Shown here: piece after piece, positions 26,392 through 32,000 of the stretch
Layout of the letters: each line of letters starts with the position of its first letter
Position numbering within the stretch: the stretch's first letter is position 1
DNA from: Desulfobulbus propionicus DSM 2032
Lineage (GTDB): Bacteria; Desulfobacterota; Desulfobulbia; Desulfobulbales; Desulfobulbaceae
Direction: 5' to 3'
NCBI RefSeq assembly: GCF_000186885.1
Contig: NC_014972.1
Span: 630,001 to 662,000, forward strand
Length of the DNA stretch: 32,000 nt
Program-made: the position numbers and the translations under genes
Notes under the pieces: generated by a model
What the model saw: only the letters and a program-made list of their open reading frames with translations
Databases searched by the model: none
What the model was told of the DNA's origin: nothing

Positions 26392-27777
26392 ATGTCACCC
26401 CTGCTGCTGATCACCATTGTTTTTCTCCTGTCGTCCCTGGCCTTCTGGCTGGGCAAACGGCGCGCCCTCGTCCTCGCCGGCCGTGGGAGCGGTGTGCGGA
26501 TGCACTCCCGGCCCGGCTATTACGGTCTGCTCACCGGTCTGTGGTGCGGCCTGCCCGCCCTGCTGGTGATCGTCGCCTGGCAGCTGCTGGCCGAACCCCT
26601 GCTCACCCGTTTGGCCATGGACAGCGTGGTGGCCGCCAAGGGGTCGCTGAGTCCGGAACAGCTGGGCCTGCTGACCAACGACCTGCGGAACCTGGTGGCC
26701 GGCAGACCGCTCGGCCTGGCGGTCGATCCGCTGCTCCAGGCCGCCGCTGACCGCTATCTGGGCATGGAACGCATCAGCGACCTGGCTCTGGCGGCGACGG
26801 CCCTGGCCGCCGGCCTGATTGGCGCCTCGGTGCTCCATGGCCGCATCCGGCCGGGTCTGCGGGCGCGCAACCAGGTCGAGCTGGCGATCGAAATCGCCCT
26901 CATCCTCTGTTCCATCCTGGCGGTGTTCATCACCATCGGCATCGTGCTCTCGGTGCTGTTCGAGTCGATCCGCTTCTTCCAGCAGGTGCCGTTCACCGAT
27001 TTCCTTTTCGGTCTCAAGTGGAGCCCGCAAATGGCCATCCGCGCCGACCAGGCCGGCAGTTCCGGCAGCTTCGGCGCCGTGCCGGTGCTCGCCGGCACCT
27101 TTCTCATCTCGGCCATTGCCATGGCCATCGCCGTGCCCTTGGGCCTGATGTCGGCCATCTATCTTTCCGAATATGCCGGGCCAAAATTCCGGGCCACGGT
27201 CAAGCCGCTGTTGGAAATCCTGGCCGGGGTGCCCACGGTGGTCTACGGTTTTTTCGCCGCCCTGGTGGTGGCGCCGCTGATCCGCGATCTGGGTGGCGTG
27301 TTCGGCCTGTCGGTGGCCTCGGAGAGCGCCCTGGCCGCTGGCCTGGTCATGGGGATCATGATCATCCCCTTTGTCAGCTCGCTGTCCGACGACGTGATCA
27401 ACGCCGTGCCCCAGTCGTTGCGCGACGGCTCCTACGGACTGGGCGCGACCAAGAGCGAGACCATCAAGCTGGTGGTCCTGCCCGCCGCCCTGCCGGGCAT
27501 CGTCGGCTCGATCCTGCTGGCGGTGTCGCGGGCCATCGGCGAGACCATGATCGTGGTCATGGCCGCCGGCCTGGCCGCCAACCTGACCCTCAACCCGCTG
27601 CAGGCGGTGACCACGGTGACCGTGCAGATCGTCACCCTGCTGGTCGGCGACCAGGAGTTCGACAGCCCCAAGACACTGGCCGCCTTTGCCCTGGGCATGC
27701 TGCTGTTCGTGGTCACCCTGGCGCTCAACGTCATCGCCCTCTACGTGGTGCGCACATACCGGGAAGAATATGAATAA
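26392..27777 (+). CDS. pstC: Phosphate ABC transporter permease PstC
   Basis: Long N-terminal extension, then FLFGLKWSP, LLEILAGVPTVVYGFFA, SLRDGSYGLGATKSETIKLVVLPAALPGIVGSILLAVSRAIGETMIVVMAAG. Confidence 0.92.
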   Translation: MSPLLLITIVFLLSSLAFWLGKRRALVLAGRGSGVRMHSRPGYYGLLTGLWCGLPALLVIVAWQLLAEPLLTRLAMDSVVAAKGSLSPEQLGLLTNDLRNLVAGRPLGLAVDPLLQAAADRYLGMERISDLALAATALAAGLIGASVLHGRIRPGLRARNQVELAIEIALILCSILAVFITIGIVLSVLFESIRFFQQVPFTDFLFGLKWSPQMAIRADQAGSSGSFGAVPVLAGTFLISAIAMAIAVPLGLMSAIYLSEYAGPKFRATVKPLLEILAGVPTVVYGFFAALVVAPLIRDLGGVFGLSVASESALAAGLVMGIMIIPFVSSLSDDVINAVPQSLRDGSYGLGATKSETIKLVVLPAALPGIVGSILLAVSRAIGETMIVVMAAGLAANLTLNPLQAVTTVTVQIVTLLVGDQEFDSPKTLAAFALGMLLFVVTLALNVIALYVVRTYREEYE

Positions 27778-29038
27778 CGACATTTCCACCATGGACCGGG
27801 TCAAGGTCGGCCTGGTCGCCCGCTACCGCCGGGAACGCCGCTTCCGAATGTTTGGCCTGACAGCCATTGTCGCCAGCCTGCTGTTTCTGGTCCTGCTGCT
27901 CGCCTCGATCGGCGCCAAGGGCTACACCGCCTTCCGCCAGAGCGAGATCCTGCTCGACATCCATTTTGACCCGGCGGTGCTCGACGTCGACAACCTGGCC
28001 ACCGCCAACTACGCGGCCCTGGTGCGGGAGGCGGTTCTGGCCCTGTTCCCCGAGGTGGAGAGCCGCCAGGACAAGCGAACCGTGGCCAAGCTGGTCAGCA
28101 GCGGCGCGGCCCATGCCCTGCAGGCGATGGTGATGGCCAAGCCCGAGTTGATCGGCACCACCCGGGCCGTCTGGGTGACGGCCGACGACGAGGTGGACAT
28201 GTTCGTCAAGGGCCACATTCCCCGCGACGTGCCCGAGTCGGAACGACGGATCAGCGACCAGCAGGCGGCCTGGATCGACCGGCTGATCGAGGCCGGGCGG
28301 CTGGAACAGCGGTTCAACGCCGCCTTCTTCCAGGCCGGTGACTCGCGCGAGCCCGAGCTGGCCGGCATCCGCGGCGCCACCATGGGTTCGCTCTTCACCC
28401 TGGCCGTGACCCTGGTGCTCAGCTTTCCGGTGGGCGTGGCCGCGGCGGTCTATCTGGAAGAGTTCGCTCCCAAGAACCGCTGGACCGACCTGATCGAAGT
28501 CAACATCAACAACCTGGCCGCGATCCCCTCGATCGTTTTCGGCCTGCTCGGCCTGGCGGTGTTCCTCAATTTCCTCGGTCTGCCGCGTTCCTCCTCGCTG
28601 GTCGGCGGCCTGGTGCTGACCCTGATGACCCTGCCGACGATCATCATCGCCAGTCGGGCCTCGCTCAAATCGGTGCCGCCCTCGATCCGCGAGGCGGCCC
28701 TGGGGGTGGGCGCCTCCAAGATGCAGACCATCGCCCACCACGTTCTGCCCCTGGCCCTGCCGGGGATGATGACCGGGGCGATCATCGGCATGGCCCGTGC
28801 CCTGGGCGAGACCGCGCCGCTGTTGATGATCGGCATGGTGGCCTTCATCGTCGACGTGCCCCAGGGGTTCCATGATCCGGCGACGGTGCTGCCGGTCCAG
28901 ATCTACCTCTGGGCCGACAGCCCGGAACGGGCCTTTGTCGAACGGACCTCGGCGGCGATTATGGTCCTGCTCGTGCTGCTGCTGGCCATGAACGCCGCCG
29001 CGGTCTTGTTGCGCAACAAATTCGAACGCCGTTGGTAA
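27770..29038 (+). CDS. pstA: Phosphate ABC transporter permease PstA
   Basis: GVAAAVYLEEFAPKNRWTDLIEVNINNLAAIPSIVFGLLGLAVFLNF and VPPSIREAALGVGASKMQTIAHHVLPLALPGMMTGAIIGMARALGETAPLLMIG; N-terminal DUF3333-like extension. Confidence 0.92.
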   Translation: MNNDISTMDRVKVGLVARYRRERRFRMFGLTAIVASLLFLVLLLASIGAKGYTAFRQSEILLDIHFDPAVLDVDNLATANYAALVREAVLALFPEVESRQDKRTVAKLVSSGAAHALQAMVMAKPELIGTTRAVWVTADDEVDMFVKGHIPRDVPESERRISDQQAAWIDRLIEAGRLEQRFNAAFFQAGDSREPELAGIRGATMGSLFTLAVTLVLSFPVGVAAAVYLEEFAPKNRWTDLIEVNINNLAAIPSIVFGLLGLAVFLNFLGLPRSSSLVGGLVLTLMTLPTIIIASRASLKSVPPSIREAALGVGASKMQTIAHHVLPLALPGMMTGAIIGMARALGETAPLLMIGMVAFIVDVPQGFHDPATVLPVQIYLWADSPERAFVERTSAAIMVLLVLLLAMNAAAVLLRNKFERRW

Positions 29039-29139
29039 GCAACACACAATCGAAACGGTTTGCTAACCCGGTACAAATATTGAGCTGCTACCTTTTTTTC
29101 AACCAACTTGTTCATCAACTTTACCAAGGAGATTGTCCC

Positions 29140-30192
29140 ATGCACAAATGTATGCTTTCCCTGGCCGCCGCTTCCCTGCTGCTCGGCACCGCCACCCTTG
29201 CCCCGGCCGCCGACGGCCGCGACTACATCTCGATCGTCGGTTCGTCCACGGTCTACCCCTTTGCCACCGCCGTGGCCGAGCAGTTCGGCAAGTCGACCAA
29301 GTTCAAGACCCCGAAGATCGAATCGACCGGCACCGGCGGCGGCATGAAGCTGTTTTGCGCCGGCGCCGGCGTCGACACCCCTGACATCGCCAATGCCTCG
29401 CGGCGGATGAAGCCGGCCGAAATGGATACCTGCCGCAAGAACGGCGTGGCCGAGGTGGTGGAGGTCAAGGTCGGCTACGACGGCATTGTCATCGCCAACA
29501 GCAAGAAGGCCGAGCCGATGCAGCTCAGCCGCAAGGAGCTGTTCCTGGCCCTGGCCAAGGAAGTGCCCAGCCCCGAGGGCGGCGACAAGCTGGTGGCCAA
29601 TCCCTACACCACCTGGAAGGAGATCAACAAGGAGCTGCCGGACAGCAAAATCGAGGTGCTCGGCCCACCGCCCACCTCCGGCACCCGCGACGCCTTTGTC
29701 GAGCTGGTGATGGACGAGGGCTGCACCGCCTTTGATTCGATCAAGGCACTGAAAAAGAGCGACGAGAAGAAATTCAAGGCCGTATGCCAGACCGTGCGCG
29801 AGGATGGCGCCTACGTCGAGGCCGGCGAGAACGACAACCTGATCGTGCAGAAGCTGGAGGCCAATCCCAAGAGCCTGGGCATCTTCGGCTTCAGCTTCCT
29901 CGACCAGAACGCGGACAAGATCCAGGGCGCGGTGGTCGACGGCGAGGCCCCGACCTTCGACAACATCGCCGCGGGCAAGTACGCGGTGTCCCGGCCGCTG
30001 TACATCTACGTCAAGAAGGCCCATGTGGGTGTGATCCCCGGCATGGCCGAGTATCTGGCCGAGTTCACCAGCGACCGCGCCTGGGGCGAGGAAGGCTATC
30101 TGGCTGAAAAAGGCCTGATCCCCGCGCCCGCGGAGGAGCGGACCCGGATGGCCGCCGACGCCAAGGCCCTCAAGCCGGTGGCGCTCGACTGA
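29140..30192 (+). CDS. pstS: Phosphate-binding periplasmic protein PstS
   Basis: Signal peptide; [46 protein letters not shown]; RBS aaggaga before ATG. Confidence 0.92.
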   Translation: MHKCMLSLAAASLLLGTATLAPAADGRDYISIVGSSTVYPFATAVAEQFGKSTKFKTPKIESTGTGGGMKLFCAGAGVDTPDIANASRRMKPAEMDTCRKNGVAEVVEVKVGYDGIVIANSKKAEPMQLSRKELFLALAKEVPSPEGGDKLVANPYTTWKEINKELPDSKIEVLGPPPTSGTRDAFVELVMDEGCTAFDSIKALKKSDEKKFKAVCQTVREDGAYVEAGENDNLIVQKLEANPKSLGIFGFSFLDQNADKIQGAVVDGEAPTFDNIAAGKYAVSRPLYIYVKKAHVGVIPGMAEYLAEFTSDRAWGEEGYLAEKGLIPAPAEERTRMAADAKALKPVALD

Positions 30193-30263
30193 TCATCGGC
30201 ACAAGACCGCCGGGGGATCGTTTCGGTCCTCTGGCGGATACGGAACACAATGGAGTCACAACC

Positions 30264-31139
<876 letters not shown>

Positions 31140-31165
31140 GCGGCCGGTTTCGCGACCCGGCCGCA

Positions 31166-32000
31166 TCAGGAATCGGTTTCCAGGGCCTCGCGCACCTTGG
31201 CGGCCAGCGCCGCCATGGTGAATGGTTTTTGCAGAAAGTGCATGCCCTGGTCGAGCACGCCGTGGTGGGCGATGACATTGGCCGTGTAGCCGGACATGAA
31301 CAGCATCTTGAGCCGTGGATGGAGCGCGCCGAGCGTTTTGGCCAGGTCGCGGCCGTTCATTTCCGGCATGATCACATCGGTGATCAGCAGCCGGATGGCC
31401 CCTTCGTGCTCCCGGGCCAGGCGGATGGCCTCGCTCGGGGTGGCGGCGGCCAGCACCGTGTATCCCAGATGTTCGAGCATGGACATGGTCATGTCCAAAT
31501 TCATCGGTTCATCCTCGACCAGGAGAAGGGTCTCGGGGCCGCCCGCCATCGGCGGCGCGGGTTCTTCCGGCTCTCGCTCCTCCGTTTCCCGCTCGTGCAG
31601 GGGCAGGTACATCCTGAAGGTCGTGCCCCTGCCCTGTTCGCTGTCGACATGGATGCAGCCGTTGTTCTGGCGGATGATCCCGTAGACTGTTGCCAAGCCC
31701 AGCCCGGTGCCCTTGCCCGTTTCCTTGGTGGTGAAAAACGGTTCAAACAGATGGGAGATGGTCTCCGGGGCCATGCCGCAGCCGGTATCGCTCACCGCCA
31801 GCAGCACATAGGCGCCGGGCTGACAGTCCCGGTGGGTGGTGCAGTAGGCCTCGTCCAGGGACACGGTGGCGGTTTGGATGGTGATTCGGCCGGTTTCGCC
31901 GATGGCGTCGCGGGCGTTGACGCACAGATTGACCAGGATCTGATCGAGCTGTGACGGATCGATCTTGACCGCGCCGAGATTCCTGCCCGGCAGCCAGGCC
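31166..32000 (-). CDS. Hybrid sensor histidine kinase, C-terminal part (HATPase_c + receiver), gene continues beyond window
   Basis: NLCVNARDAIG, DTGCGM, GTGLGLATVYGIIRQN and receiver LLVEDEPMNLDMTM...LITDVIMPEMNG; reading frame open to the window edge. Confidence 0.9.
   Translation of the reverse strand, partial: AWLPGRNLGAVKIDPSQLDQILVNLCVNARDAIGETGRITIQTATVSLDEAYCTTHRDCQPGAYVLLAVSDTGCGMAPETISHLFEPFFTTKETGKGTGLGLATVYGIIRQNNGCIHVDSEQGRGTTFRMYLPLHERETEEREPEEPAPPMAGGPETLLLVEDEPMNLDMTMSMLEHLGYTVLAAATPSEAIRLAREHEGAIRLLITDVIMPEMNGRDLAKTLGALHPRLKMLFMSGYTANVIAHHGVLDQGMHFLQKPFTMAALAAKVREALETDS

Noticed and set aside
26395-30024. Minus-strand ORFs of 469, 438 and 373 aa
   Set aside because: Antisense shadows of pstC, pstA and pstS.

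Overview
High-GC (apart from one AT-richer stretch) chromosomal window that looks like a sulfate-reducer/Desulfobulbales-type deltaproteobacterium; the lineage is inferred from gene style only. From left to right: (1) a cobalamin riboswitch followed by a nucleotide-loop-assembly operon cobU-cobS-phosphoglycerate mutase family (cobC-like)-cobT-putative cbiR; (2) a hemolysin III/PAQR gene; (3) a seven-gene minus-strand housekeeping cluster (rsmB, hypothetical, Xaa-Pro aminopeptidase, PIN-PhoH, hypothetical, pyrF, nitroreductase); (4) tRNA-Leu(CAA) with a perfect 12-bp terminator, followed by an AT-richer segment with small secreted/lipoprotein-like ORFs and two hypothetical genes; (5) an SBP3-PAS-HisKA-HATPase-REC hybrid sensor kinase, a PilZ protein, a large secreted protein with Trp-rich repeats and a Gly/Tyr-rich tail, and an HD-GYP receptor; (6) a DUF504-like gene; (7) a minus-strand operon of an ArsC-like protein, bioF and bioG; (8) pfkA divergent from a pstC-pstA-pstS-pstB operon; (9) the 3' part of a second hybrid kinase. 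The best finding is that the ORF track truncates the ArsC-like gene. The sequence supports a selenoprotein read through an in-frame TGA (24915..24917, minus strand) giving a U-A-S-C motif, with a hairpin in bacterial-SECIS position. I found no convincing CRISPR array, transposase, defence system or wholly new multi-gene system.
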